This document shows positions 1 to 12,729 of a stretch of 64,000 bases of DNA, one piece after another. The translations under genes and the position numbers were made by a program. Source of the DNA: the human T2T-CHM13v2.0 reference genome, Homo sapiens; the NCBI RefSeq assembly GCF_009914755.1, contig NC_060932.1; one strand, written 5' to 3'. The notes under the pieces are model-generated. The model worked only from the letters and a program-made list of their open reading frames with translations. It did no database searches and was not told the DNA's origin. Numbering within the stretch: the stretch's first letter is position 1; the number at the start of each line of letters is the position of its first letter.

Positions 1-358
1 TTTCTAAAACCTCACTCTGGCTGCATGCAGAAAACAGATTGGAGAACAAGTGCTTAAGGAATGATGAAGAGTCCAGAGGTCATTACAATCATCTAAGCAA
101 GAAGTGATGGTGTTCTGATAAAGAGAAGAGATAGTGGAAAGATATCTAGGAGATCAAATAGGAATTTAATGCTTGATAGATACAGAGAAGATGGATGAGG
201 GAGGAAGAGGAGTCTCTTTGGGAATCACTCCTTTGTTACATGTGTTTCTTTTCTATAAATCATGCCCTGGGCTGCATATAATCAAACAAACAATCACAGG
301 AAGTCAGTGACTTACAGTCTAGGAAGGAAATATATTATATATATGAAAACCAACTGCT

Positions 359-550
359 GGCCAGGTGCAGTGGCTCACACCTGTAATCCCAGAACTTTGG
401 GAGGCTGAGACCAGTGGAGTGCTTGAGCCCAGGAGTTTGAGACCATCTTTGGCAACATAGTGAGACCCTGTCTCTACCAAAAATACAAAAATTAGTCAGT
501 CTCATAAGCTGGTCTCAAAATAAGTAATAAATAAATAAATGGATTTTAAA
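359..550 (+). mobile_element. Alu left monomer (FLAM_C/AluJ-like) with a non-Alu 3' tail, flanked by TSDs
   Basis: GGCCAGGTGCAGTGGCTCAC...TCTACCAAAAATACAAAAATTAG, then unique sequence. TSD aaaaccaactgct (346-358) / aaaaccaattgct (551-563). Confidence 0.85.
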
Positions 551-569
551 AAAACCAATTGCTTACTTT

Positions 570-745
570 TATTGACCACTTAAATTCTAAGAGCTTTGCA
601 TTTATTAACTCATTTGATCCTTAAAACGGCTCTAGAAAGTTGATACTAGGTTAATACTCATCTTACAAATGAGGAAACTGAGAGAGAAGGAAGTAAGGTA
701 ACCTGGGCAGGTCTCACTCCATAGTTCACACTGTTTAACCATTAT
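570..745 (-). mobile_element. MIR SINE fragment
   Basis: Reverse-complement MIR core: ttacaaatgaggaaactgag. Confidence 0.6.
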
Positions 746-1790
746 GATGGCATGGTTGGTGTGGTATAAAATAGGAGAGAGGTTGTTGCAGCTGGAGTCA
801 GAGTTTGAGTAGCAGCTAGGAAACCTTCATAGGATAAGGAGCCCCTGAGTCCACCCTGGTTCCACAGGCTAGAACACTGACGTCCAAGCCAAAGAAATCA
901 CCATTTCAGTTCACGGAACTATTGGTCTAAGCAACAGTTTTTGAGCTGTACAACTGGGACAAATAAAAGATACAGTGGTAGGAGACAGAGATTCCCAATT
1001 CAATTTACCTCTGATGGCTCTGTATGTTGGGATGAGTCACAGATCTGTGGTAATGAAAGTGCTTGAAGATTAATGAGGCTGACTACAGTAAAAGTTAGCC
1101 AGGAGCTCAATGTCTAAGTCATCTCCTTCATTATTGCTTAAGTAATACCAGAGCAAAGATGAGAAGAGGAAAATCATTTAGGTAAATGTGACTGATGAGA
1201 CAGTAGCTGTCACATTAGGTCATGTTAGTTAGTGTGCTGTTCTAAGGACTGGAAAAGTACAAGAGTAGTGAACAGTTTGCATATTCATTTTATTAGACCG
1301 TATTAGTTTACTATTTCCTGAACATTAGCAGGCGTTAGCTTTGGCTCTGTAGAACCCAATGGACACTGTGGTGCCATTTGGACAGGATTCAATTATTTAT
1401 TAAATTTCACAAATTTCTCCCCTGACAATATTAACAGCAGTGGTGTAAAATCAAGGTGCACAGAAAGAAAGAAAACTAAGATGAAAGTCTTATTCAACCT
1501 GGCTTTCTCCTCCATTGACTATTCCATCATCCTTTTCTCCTTACTGTGGTTTTATGGACTCTGCTGTTCTTTCCGCCCATTGCCTCTAAACCCATTCATT
1601 GCAGTCTAGTTCTTAATGCTTTATTGTTCTGCTATTGAAGACCACCAGGGATCTGCAAAGTTCCAGATGAAATGACCTCTCTTGGAGGTGCTTATTTGGT
1701 TTGACATAGCCTACCTGCTCCTCACCAGTTCCATGTCTCCTCAGATTCAATCGTCTCCTCAGAAGACGAGCCATGCCATTCTCTAGAAGG

Positions 1791-2040
1791 CAGCCCCAGG
1801 TTCCTGTGGGCCCTGGGCACTTCTACTTTCTCTGGCCCCTTCTTTCACAAAAATATTTTAAAATTATATTTTACAATTGTGTGAGTATAAAGACAATTAT
1901 TATATATTAAGCCATTTGTTTCAACCTAAGAGTTTTCACTTTTCTTCAGATTTTAGAATACATTAAAGCCTCTTTATGGTCCTGTAGTATCCTGAGCCCT
2001 AGGCACTGTGTCTCAGAGCCTGGGGGAGAGCCACACCTGC
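1791..2040 (-). mobile_element. hAT-Tip100-type MITE (ORSL-like)
   Basis: Two gggccctgggcac/gagccctaggcac motifs around an AT-rich core; resembles recalled consensus. Confidence 0.45.
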
Positions 2041-2109
2041 CTGCTTCATTTTCTTCAGATCCCTCATCAGCTGGACACAGTGCTCTCCACTTGTTTGCTA
2101 CCTGCCTTC

Positions 2110-2245
2110 CCCTCATGAAAGGGTGAGTCCCATGAGGTCAGAGGATCTGCTGCCTTATTCATAACTCTGTCCCAGCACTTAGAAGAATACCTGGTAAGTT
2201 GCGAGGTTTTAATAAGCGTTTACTGGATGAGTTGATAATGAATGA
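2110..2245 (+). mobile_element. L2 3' end fragment
   Basis: ccatgaggtcagagg...cccagcacttagaagaatacctgg...aataagcgtttactggatgag...aatgaatga. Confidence 0.55.
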
Positions 2246-4631
2246 CTTTCTTTTTGAGTTTCATCTCTTGGCCTCTGTATTTTTTTTTCTTTTTCTCTGT
2301 TTTTTGTTCCCTCTTCTTCCATCTTCCCTTCAAATGTAGCCTCAATTTCTCCAGAAAGTGTGTAGGTCCACACTTGCTGCGTGTTTCACACATTCCTCTT
2401 CTCAGTGCCATCTTCTCAACACGTATAAAACAAACTCGCTACCTTCTCCCTCTCTCGTTGGTGTTATTATCAGCATTGTTGCTATTATTATGATAGCTCC
2501 ATTCTAGTAATGCCATTCTCATGTTTCCAGTTGCTCATGCCTGATACGAGAAGCCATCTTAGCATTCCCCTTCCACGTTGTATGGGATCCAATCTGTGCG
2601 CAGATTTGCTGGGCCTTCCCTGACTGTTTGAGGTGTATCTGCCTCCTCTCCATGTTGCCCACACATTCAGTAAGTTTTGTTTGTACAAGCGTACTGGCCT
2701 CTCAACCAGTCTCCAGGTCTCTTATCTTTCCCTTTCTTATTCCAGAAGTCACACTTCTTTCTAGAAAATTTCCTTAGTGACAATATTTGGTTGATGCCCA
2801 TTGCAAACAAAGTAAATTTAAACGGCTCAGTTTGATATTTAACACCTTGGCTCCAACTTAAATGCCTAGCTTTATTTCTACCACTCCAACAGACTCTGTG
2901 GTCCTGCCATGCCTCTATGTTTAATAGTTCCTAAAAACATACTCTATATATTTTCTGCATTCTTTGTTCAAATTACTCTTTCTATCTAGAAGGCTACCCC
3001 CTACCCCCAATATACGTGCATCTGAATGCTCCAGTGGAGCACAAAACCCTGGCAGGTAGCAATTAGACCTTATACAACTCTGCCCCTCCCTGATACTAAT
3101 ACAGTGCTATACATACAGAAGCAAATCAATAAATGTTTATTAAGTGGAACTCCCAAAAATGAACAAAAGGAATGTAAATATAAAGAGCAAAAACATCTAC
3201 CATGGTATCATATTTTATATCAAGAAATGACAATTTTAACTTTTTAGGAAGAATACAATCAATAACTAAACAGCAATCGTCCATTTAGGTAAATCTACTT
3301 ACATCAGTACAATGTTAAGCTTTATAACCATTTAGTATGACAAACTCAGGCAAAGCTAATTTCAACCTGGATGAATATTTCCATTTCAGAGATTAATCCA
3401 ATCAAGTAAATTAATCAGTAACATCTGCCTTGTCTCAAGAAATGTCTTAATCACTGAACTAGCTTTAATGAGATAAGCAACTAATTGCATTATTCCTCTA
3501 ATACAGGACAAGGACAGGTTAGGCTACAAAAAGGAATAATGTGCTTCAGTGTAAGAAAACACAGATAGTGTGCAATGTTAATTCAACCATCTAAGAATCT
3601 GGAGATGGTATTTATATTAAAGGCATGACACATCCCTCTTTTCATTAACCTCAAATTTTCTTATTTTATAAACAAACAAACAAAATATGTTTCTTGTGAA
3701 AAGTTTGCATAGCACAGCAAGCCAAACTGAGAACATGGTAATAATAACAATCCCACTACCCAGAGAAAATCACTCTTGGCATTTGTTGTAGAAATTTTGT
3801 CATTCTTTTGTTTTGTCCTTTATTTGTGAGTGTGTGTTATGTGTGTATGCATGTATAAGGTCATATATTCATTCTTTGCATATGCATATTATAGAATTTA
3901 GGTCATACTGTACATATTTTTAACTGGTCTATTTTTTGAATAATATGTCACACCATCTCCCTATGTCATAAATATTGTTTTATAACATAATTTAAACAAC
4001 TACATAGTAATCCATTTCATTATTGTGCTATATCCAGAATGTTTTCAGTAGTTTGCTATTTCATAAACAGTACTCTGAACAGAGCCTCGTGCTTTATTTT
4101 ATATATGTGCTGTTTTTTATTTCCTTAAGATGAATTCCTATGTGTGGAATTGCTGGGCCAAAAGATATATAAAACATTAAGACTTTTACTCATTATGGCC
4201 ATACTCTTACACAATATATCAAATTAAACTGACATTGGCATTCCAGGGGTATGTCCACATGCTCTCAATCTTATTGATAATGGATGGTAACATATTTTAC
4301 AGGTAAGACTGAGTTATTTAATATATTTGTTCCATCATTTGCATTTCTTATTTTGTGAACTTATTTTGCATACTCTTTGACCATTTTGCAAATGGAAACA
4401 TTTTACTTTCCCTATTTCGTTTCAAAGAGTTCTTCATAGTCTTTTCTTTGTGAAATATTTCAATAGAGAATAAGGTGTAAAGGGTAATATAAAATACATT
4501 TGAATCTACCATTTAGCTTTATTGAGTCTTAACAATTTGCTCTACTTATTCTGGTCTTTTTTTTTTTTTCTTAAGCTCTACTACATTACCCATAAAGAAG
4601 GAGCTCTTGTTTGTCTCTCCCTCTCTCTCTC

Positions 4632-4929
<298 letters not shown>

Positions 4930-6159
4930 TTGTTTGTCTCTACCTTGACGTAATTACTTCTTTCCACCTAAAGGGAATCCTCCTACTTCCTTTGGCCCTG
5001 CATACTTTTTATATATAATATTACTAAAATTGTGGGTATTTATATATGTGTAAATTATAAAATTTAGATTGATAATGTATAATACATATGTTTATATGTA
5101 TTTAGACTGAGAGACTAAAGTCTAAGAATATGTGTAAAATAAATCTCTATATAAAACATAGTATATATGTGGATACTGCTAAAAGATCATGTTATACATA
5201 TGTAATCACTAGTAGATTTGACTCATTGTATGTAATTGAAGATTCTACATCTATATCTGTAAATGAAGTTGGTTTATACACATCTTTTCTTGTGCTTTTG
5301 TTTTCCTATTTGGATATGAAGCTTATACTAATCTCACAAATAAGTTGGCTCTATTTCCTCCCCTTTTAGCTCTAAAATATTTTGTTCAAAAATGGATTCT
5401 CTGCTCTTTGAAGTGTTGGCAAAAAATTAGCTATAAAATTAAGTCTGCATTGCATCTAAAACTATATGCTTCTATCATTCAAAATATTGTTTATTTACTC
5501 TTTTTCTCTCTGTTCATTGATAATATTTGTTTGGATTTTATCCAGTTTCTTTGGTTTTATTATTTATTATTTGGTTTATTATGTTTTTATCTATCCTGTA
5601 TGTTACAAGCATTTTTTCTAATTTACCATTCAAGCATCAGTTTTGTTTATGTACCTTTTCATATAGAAGAGTTTTTATATTTATAACTTTACTTCTATTT
5701 GTTTATTTTTGAGTGTTATATATCCTCTGGTGTCACTTGTTTTTATTTTCTAATTTAGCTATTTTGTATATTTAGATATTTAAAAAATTTTTAGTTTATA
5801 TTGGAAACTGGGAATCTCAATGAATTTTTTTTCAAATGTTTTTCCAGTTGTTCTAACATCAATTATTAAGTTTTTACTTCACTAACTTGAAAATCCAGAT
5901 TATTATTTCCCAAATTTTATGAACATTTGCCCCTATATCTATTTGAATTCATGGATCTCTCCCACAGCTTATTATTACATTTTATAATATCTTTTTTAAA
6001 TGGAAGTAAAAATATGCACTGCTTTATTTTTTTCTTTCTTTAAAATTGTTTGGTCTTTCCTTTCAGACTCACCTTGTAATTATTTCCATATTCTCACCAA
6101 ATTTTGTTTTAGAACTTAATCCCATTTACATTAAATACATTGATTAAAATAGATATGGA

Positions 6160-6166
6160 GTGCTCT

Positions 6167-6216
<50 letters not shown>

Positions 6217-6266
6217 GGCCCCTGTGCAAGGATGACACGCAAATTCGTGAAGCGTTCCATATTTTT
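6160..6266 (+). pseudogene. RNU6-13P: Full-length U6 snRNA retrocopy, 5' part of a U6/L1 chimera (probably RNU6-13P)
   Basis: 107 nt matching U6 (GTGCTC...ACAGAGA...CCATATTTTT) with 2 substitutions, fused directly to an L1 3' end. Symbol recalled from locus position. Confidence 0.9.
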
Positions 6267-6862
6267 GTGGAAGTCAGTGTGGCGATTCCTCAGGGATCTA
6301 GAACTAGAAATACCATTTGACCCAGCCATCCCATTACTGGGTATATACCCAAAGGACTAGAAATCATGCTGCTATAAAGACACATGCACACGTATGTTTA
6401 TTGCGGCATTATTTACAATAGCAAAGACTTGGAACCAACCCAAATGTCCAACAATGATAGACTGGATTAAGAAAATGTGGCACATATACACCATGGAATA
6501 CTATGCAGCCATAAAAAATGATGAGTTCATGTCCTTTGTAGGGACATGGATGAAATTGGAAATCATCATTCTCAGTAAACTATCGCAAGAACAAAAAACC
6601 AAACACCGCATGTTCTCACTCATAGGTGGGAATTGAACAATGAGAACACATGGACACAGGAAGGGGAACATCACACTCTGGGGACTGTTGTGGGGTGGGG
6701 GGAGGCGGGAGGGATAGCATTGGGAGATATACCTAATGCTGGATGACGAGTTAGTGGGTGCAGCGCACCAGCATGGCACATGTATACATATGTAACTAAC
6801 CTGCACAATGTGCACATGTACCCTAAAACTTAAAGTATAATAATAAAAAAATAAAATAAAAT
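6267..6862 (+). mobile_element. L1PA2-like 3' end, 3' part of the U6/L1 chimera
   Basis: ORF2 C-terminus (MFIAALFTIAKTWNQPKCP...), 3'UTR with diagnostic GAG, A-rich tail. TSD aaaatagatatgga at 6146-6159 and 6863-6876. Confidence 0.95.
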
Positions 6863-8051
6863 AAAATAGATATGGAGTAATATTTTTATAGTATTGTTTC
6901 CACATTCAAGAAAGCAATATGTCATTTTCTTTCATTCAATTTTTCTGTTTTGTATTTGTTTAGTGAATTTTTGTTGTTTTCTTCATAAATATCATTTAAG
7001 TTTTCTGTTAAATTTATTCATACATATTTTATAGTTTTCCACATATTGGGAATGGAATTGTTTCTGCTTGTTTGCTTTCACTAATTTGTGTGTGTGTTCC
7101 AGGTTCTTGTTCTCTTTCAGGAAAATTTGAAACAACTGCAAATAATTGTTGATATTCATTCTCCAGCCTGATTAATTATGTGATGTGAGCTTTTGGCACA
7201 CATTGCCAAAATTTAGCCATGGCGATGCTTTCATTTTCAGATAGTTTTGTGATTTTAATAAAGATCCCACACAGCTGAGTCTTGGGAACCCTGAGGAGCT
7301 TGGCTCTTGGTGAGGAGGGGTTCCCATCTGCTGCAGCTACTCAGTTCAACTGCAGTGCCATGTTCAATTCAAGTGCGTTCCCAGTTCTTGGTCAAATGGC
7401 CCCACGTGCCCTCATCTTATCCTAATGGCCCTGTGAGGTTGGAATTACTTTTGTCATTCTGAGGAGAGCGTCCTTTAGTTCAGAAGGTGATATACCTTCT
7501 GAACATGGGTCAAGGTGCTCTTTCTGTCACATAACATAATTTGGAATTTCATCCATTGCTTCAAAGAACAGGAAGAAAGCATAAAGAGTATCTTAAGTTT
7601 TTTCATGGGGTTAAGCTTTGCTTTATGTGGCTTATTACTACCATGAGAAACTTGGGAATGGGAAATTAAATTTAGCATGTGTTCCTGCAGAAAATATGCA
7701 CTATAAATATTGCCACTAAACAATGGCATCTAGCTCAAGTTCATTATAAGGAGATCTCTCAGTCACCTTGGACAATTGACATTCTGTTCTCAATCATACT
7801 ATTTGCTTATTGAATAAATAGGCATTAAAGTCTGTTGTCTTCAATAAGAACCATTCTTACATTCATAAGTGACAAATTATATTTGTGTATTCTCTTTTTT
7901 CTCTGAAGCTAATTGTTGAGTAAATGTGATTTAGGTCTATTTTTTTAGAACATGACTTTTATGTATAATATTTTAATGAGAATCACCAGGGCCTGAGATT
8001 TAAGGGCTTGAAAAAACTAATCATTAGTTTAGAAATAGAAAAGCTAAAATG

Positions 8052-8887
8052 GCGAAGGGTATGAACAGACACTTCTCAAAAGAAGACATTTATGCAGCCA
8101 AGAAACATATGAAAAAAAGCTCATCATCACTGGTCATTAGAGAAATGTAAATCGAAACCACAGTGAGATACCATCTCATGTCAGTTAGAATGGCGATCAT
8201 TAAAAAGTCAGGAAACGACAGATGCTGGAGAGGATGTGGAGAAATAGGAACACTTTTACATTGTTGGTGGGGGTGTAAATTAGTTCATCCATTGTGGAAG
8301 ACAGTGTGGCAATTCCTCAAGCATCTAGAACCAGAAATACCATTTGACCCAGCAATCTCATTACTGGGTATATACCCAAAGGATTATAAATCATGCTACT
8401 ATAAAGACACATGCACATGTATGTTTGTTGCAGCACTGTTCACAATAGCAAAGACTTGGAACCAACCCAAATGCCCATGAATGATAGACTGGATAAAGAA
8501 AATGTGGCACATATACACCATGGAATACTATGCAGCCATAAAAAAGAATGAGTTCATGTCCTCTGCAGAGACATGGATGAAGCTGGAAACCACCATTCTC
8601 AGCAAACTAACACAGGAACAGAGAACCTAATACCGTGTGTTCTCACTCTCAAGTGGGAGTGGAACAATGAGAACACAGGGACACAGGGAGGGGAATATCA
8701 CACACTGGGGCCTGTTAGGGGGTGGGGGGACTAGGGGAGGGATAGCATTTGGAGAAATACCTAATGTAGATGATGAGTTGATGGGTGCAGCAAAGCACCA
8801 TGGCACGTGTATACCTATGCTACAACCCTGCATGTTCTGCACACATATCCCAGAACTTAAAGTATAATTTTTAAAAATTTAAAGAAA
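8052..8887 (+). mobile_element. 5'-truncated L1PA (L1PA7-like)
   Basis: ORF2 Cys-rich C-terminus ([15 protein letters not shown]) and 3'UTR; 15-bp TSD agaaaagctaaaatg at 8037-8051 and 8888-8902. Confidence 0.93.
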
Positions 8888-9520
8888 AGAAAAGCTAAAA
8901 TGACATAAATCCACGAACATAGAAGAAATTGAGTCAGGGTCAGGGGGGGTTTAAATCCAAATCTAAAGATATTATTAATGAAATTTTGAAACACTTTAAA
9001 AAACATAGAAGAATAGACTTAGCCTATATAATGTATTTTCAGAAGGTTGAGGACAGCTCTCCAGCTTTGAGAAAATAGATCTTATCTACTCAACTATTAA
9101 TACCTGTTATTTCTGTCGGGTGAGTAAGAAAAAAGCATGAAGTTCACCAAAGGATGCCATGAAATCATACTGATGACACTCATTAAGAAAGTTATTTCTT
9201 TAGTAGAAACAAGTTTTATGCTAACTCATCAAAACCACATTGTCAAGCCTCAAAATATCCTTCATTCTCTTATTCAACAAATATTTATTGAGCAATATTA
9301 AGTATAATAGCTTGTGTTCTCAAAAAGATTAGTAAAATGAGATTGGAAGAAAAATTAAATAAATGAAATGTACTTTAGGCAAAAAAAGAAATAATGGGTG
9401 GTGATAGGTCTTACATAAGAAGGTGCTATTGCACACAAAGGAAGGGGCAGTTAAACACTGAGGGAGGAGGTGCTATTCAGAGAAGGTATCGGAAACGATG
9501 CAACATCACTTATGCTGAGA

Positions 9521-9664
9521 GAAGACGGAGAAGGAGGAAGGAAGGAAGAAGAGAGAGAGGAAGAAGAAGGAGAAGAAGAGGAGGAGGAAGAGGGAGGGAG
9601 GAGGAGAAGGAGGAGGAGGATGAGAAGGAGGCAGAAGGAGAAGGAGAAGGAGAAGGAGAAGGAA
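9521..9664. repeat. GA-rich polypurine simple repeat, (GAA/GGA/GGAGAA)n
   Basis: Purine-only from 9527 to 9620; only two pyrimidines after that up to 9664. Confidence 0.95.
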
Positions 9665-10025
9665 CAACTAGTAGTTAGCCAGCCAACTGAAAGGCAGTGG
9701 GAATGCATTCCCAAAAGGGGAAATCGTCTTAGCGACCGCTGAGAGGTGGGCAAGGGAGAAGCAGAGAAAGGTGGGGATTGAAGGTGGGAGGTAAGGGGGT
9801 GACAGAGACATAAGACAGGGCCCAGAAAACAGAAATAGGGCTTGTGATGCACTTAGAGGAGACAGGGCTGTGGAGTGTGAGAGGGCTGGGGAGAGAGCTG
9901 TAAGACACCGGCTAGGTAAGCAGGCCCAGATCATCCTTATGAACTAGACCTAGGAGTTTGGAACTTTAAATGGGGTATTGCTATGAATAGATGTTGGGCA
10001 ATGTGGAGAATGAAATGGTAGGTAC

Positions 10026-10476
10026 TGTTAAAGAAATGTGTTAGAGATGGTAAGGAAGTTGTTAAAAGTGGGGCTATTACAGCAGAGTTGCTATTAGGGG
10101 AGAGATTGGGCCCAACTCTCAATAGGAAAAGTGGGAATTTACAGACAAGGCACAGATGAGGGTCGGTGAATGGAAAATTACTGAGAGGAAATATCAGGGA
10201 TAAGATGGGATTCTGGCTAAACTGACCTAACAGGATTCTTGCTGAAAGGAGGCCAGGGTGCACCAACATCACCTGGGGGATGGCGGAGGGTGAGAAACCC
10301 CATCAGATATCAAGGATGATCAGATGATCCAGGTAGAGAATTCTGGCTACACTAACAGTAGTCTTGCTAGAACTAAACCCTTCAAGGAAGGACACAGGAG
10401 CCCAAGGTTTGGCCTAGTCAGAAAGAGAGCTCAGAAGAGTCTGACTAGAGCTTGATGAAGGAGAGACTCTTTGTCA
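10026..10476 (-). mobile_element. ERV1 solo LTR (MER31-like)
   Basis: TG...CA termini; minus strand starts TGACAAAGAGTCTCTCCTT; TSD gtac/gtat. Confidence 0.7.
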
Positions 10477-11779
10477 GTATATTTATGCTCAATATCATAT
10501 TCTTGTTATAGGGGCAGAAAGCATCACCTCTGCAACAAGCATTGACTGCTCTCAATGCACTTTCTCAGTTCACTTGCCCCTTCCTTTATTTTGGCAGAAA
10601 TCCTTTGCAGATAGACCTTGTTTCTTTTTTCCCGAAAATGGCCTTTTTTTTAAAAGGAATGTTTAGTTAGTTTCAATTTATATTGACAAAATTAAGCAGA
10701 GTTTTTGCTTTGTTTTGGTTTTCCAATGTTCCACTTTTATTAAGGGATTTCAGTCTCCTTCTTAGCTCTTTGGACTTTAAAGACTCTCAGGTTTTGCCTT
10801 CTCATTTCCTACAGAGTAGGGAAGAGATCCCAAATATTGGGAACACAATGGATAGGAATATCTGGTTTCTAAAACAGAGACTATTGGAAAATTGTCAGAA
10901 ATGCTAGTGGAAAGTTTATCCTGTTCCTGCATTTCATAAACAAACACTTATTAACCATGGTGTGCTACAAGGTGATTGGAGACTTTAAATGTTTGGATTT
11001 TTTTTTTCATATCCCTAGTCCTTGAGAAATACATAATCTGAGCAACAAGAAAGGTGGAGAGACTAAAACAGATGAGAGGAAAATAGAAAATGTTTCTCTC
11101 CATGCAGCCAAAGTAGGGAAGGGTGGTTACAGCGAGGAAGGGGTTGTCCTGTCTTATTTGGCACAAAATCCACATAAAATTCAACTTGGTTTCTTTCAAA
11201 TATGGCAGAGAATCTTATTTGTTTTTAAGATGCCTCTAAATCAGAATTTAAAATAACTCTGGCTAACAGGGCTAAAGTGTCCCTTTGTGCTGTCTGAGAA
11301 ATGAACAGCTTACACAGCAATCTAAAACTGTAAGCAAGGAAAATGCTTAAGTCTTGAAACTATTTTAGGGCAATTTAGAAAACCACTTTATATGTAAATT
11401 TTGGTCCTGAACACTGAATATGCTCATAAATTATCCATTTATTAAAGTATTTTCTTCATATAAGACCTTCCCCTTCCTACCCATCAGCATCTTCACAGAC
11501 TGCGCTTAATGGGCTTTAAAGTAATTAACTGAAATATCTTAATATTCTAAAATCAAAAATTTTCCCTTATCACATTGATGGTCTCCAAATTTCACCCTGC
11601 AAAGAATTTGCCACAATTGCAAACCTAGTGTTAGAAAGGTAAGACAAGTCAGGTGAATAAGTTTTAAAAAAAGTATTATAGTTCACCAAAGGACGTCACT
11701 GTATGCTTCAAAGCATGGGGTCAGGGACATACAACTACAATAAGGCATGGGACAGTCTTTAGAAAAACAAATTCAACAC

Positions 11780-11922
11780 AGCTGGATGCTATGGCACAGC
11801 ACTTGTAGACCCAGCCATGCAGGAGACTGAGGAGGAAGGACTGCTTGACCCAGGAGTTTCAGTCCAGCCTTAGAAACATAATGAGACTCCATCTCTGTGG
11901 GTAAAATAAAAATAAAAGTAAA
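11780..11922 (+). mobile_element. Free Alu monomer (FLAM_A-like)
   Basis: Diverged 7SL-derived monomer with an A-rich tail. Confidence 0.75.
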
Positions 11923-12102
11923 TGCAACACAGATGTAAGCTATTCTTCTTGTTGAAAATAACAACTCATTTATTCTCTCAATTATTTTGGATTTATCCTA
12001 AATATTCGTTTCCCATGTTGTCAGTCTGTTGGTGAATCATAAAATGTCCATGCTGAAAGGGATGGTGGTGGATACAATTTGGTCTGAGTGTCTGCCAACC
12101 CA

Positions 12103-12592
12103 TGCTAGCGGGTTAAATGGCGGTCCCCGAAAATACATGTCCATGTTCTGATCCCCACAACCTGTGAATATTTACTGTATATGGTAAAAGAGTGAATATT
12201 AACCTTATAAGGCAAAAAAAGTTGTGATTAAGCTAAGGCTTTTTCAAGGAGAAGTTTATCCTGGGTGATCAGGGTGGACCCTGAATCCAATAATAGGTGT
12301 CCTTATAAGAGGAGGCAGAGGAAGATGACACAGAGAAAAGAACAGGAGGCAATGTGCCTGTGGAGTCAAGGACTGGAGTGATGCAGACACAAGCCCAGGG
12401 AGGTGCGGCCTACAGATGCTGATACAAGCAAACCGCAATGAATCCTCCCCGACAGCCTCCAGAGGGGCATGGCCCTGCCCACACCTTGATTTCAGGCTTC
12501 TGGCCTCTAGAACTGTGACAGAATACATTTGGGTTGTTTTCAACCACCCAGTTTATGGTAATTTGTTAGAGAAGCAATAGGAAACTAAGACA
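12103..12592 (+). mobile_element. MaLR LTR (MLT1C-like)
   Basis: ggttaaatggcggtcccc...ctggcctctagaactgtgacagaatacattt...ggaaactaagaca. Confidence 0.8.
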
Positions 12593-12729
12593 GTGTCTCA
12601 TTTCACAGGAAAGAAAGGGCTGAGGGCCACCGCCTCAACTCAGACGACCACTGATAACAGAGACTGAGGTGCAGGGCAGGCTTCCTCTTACCTGGACTCC
12701 AGGTCAGCACCAGAGGCCACTCCCGTGCC

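Noticed and set aside
6160-6266. Functional U6 snRNA gene
   Set aside because: Enclosed in a TSD with an L1 tail. U6 needs an upstream DSE/PSE/TATA promoter, which retrocopies lack and which I do not see.
9394-9934. Overlapping Arg/Glu/Ser-rich ORFs
   Set aside because: Products of the stop-free GA simple repeat.
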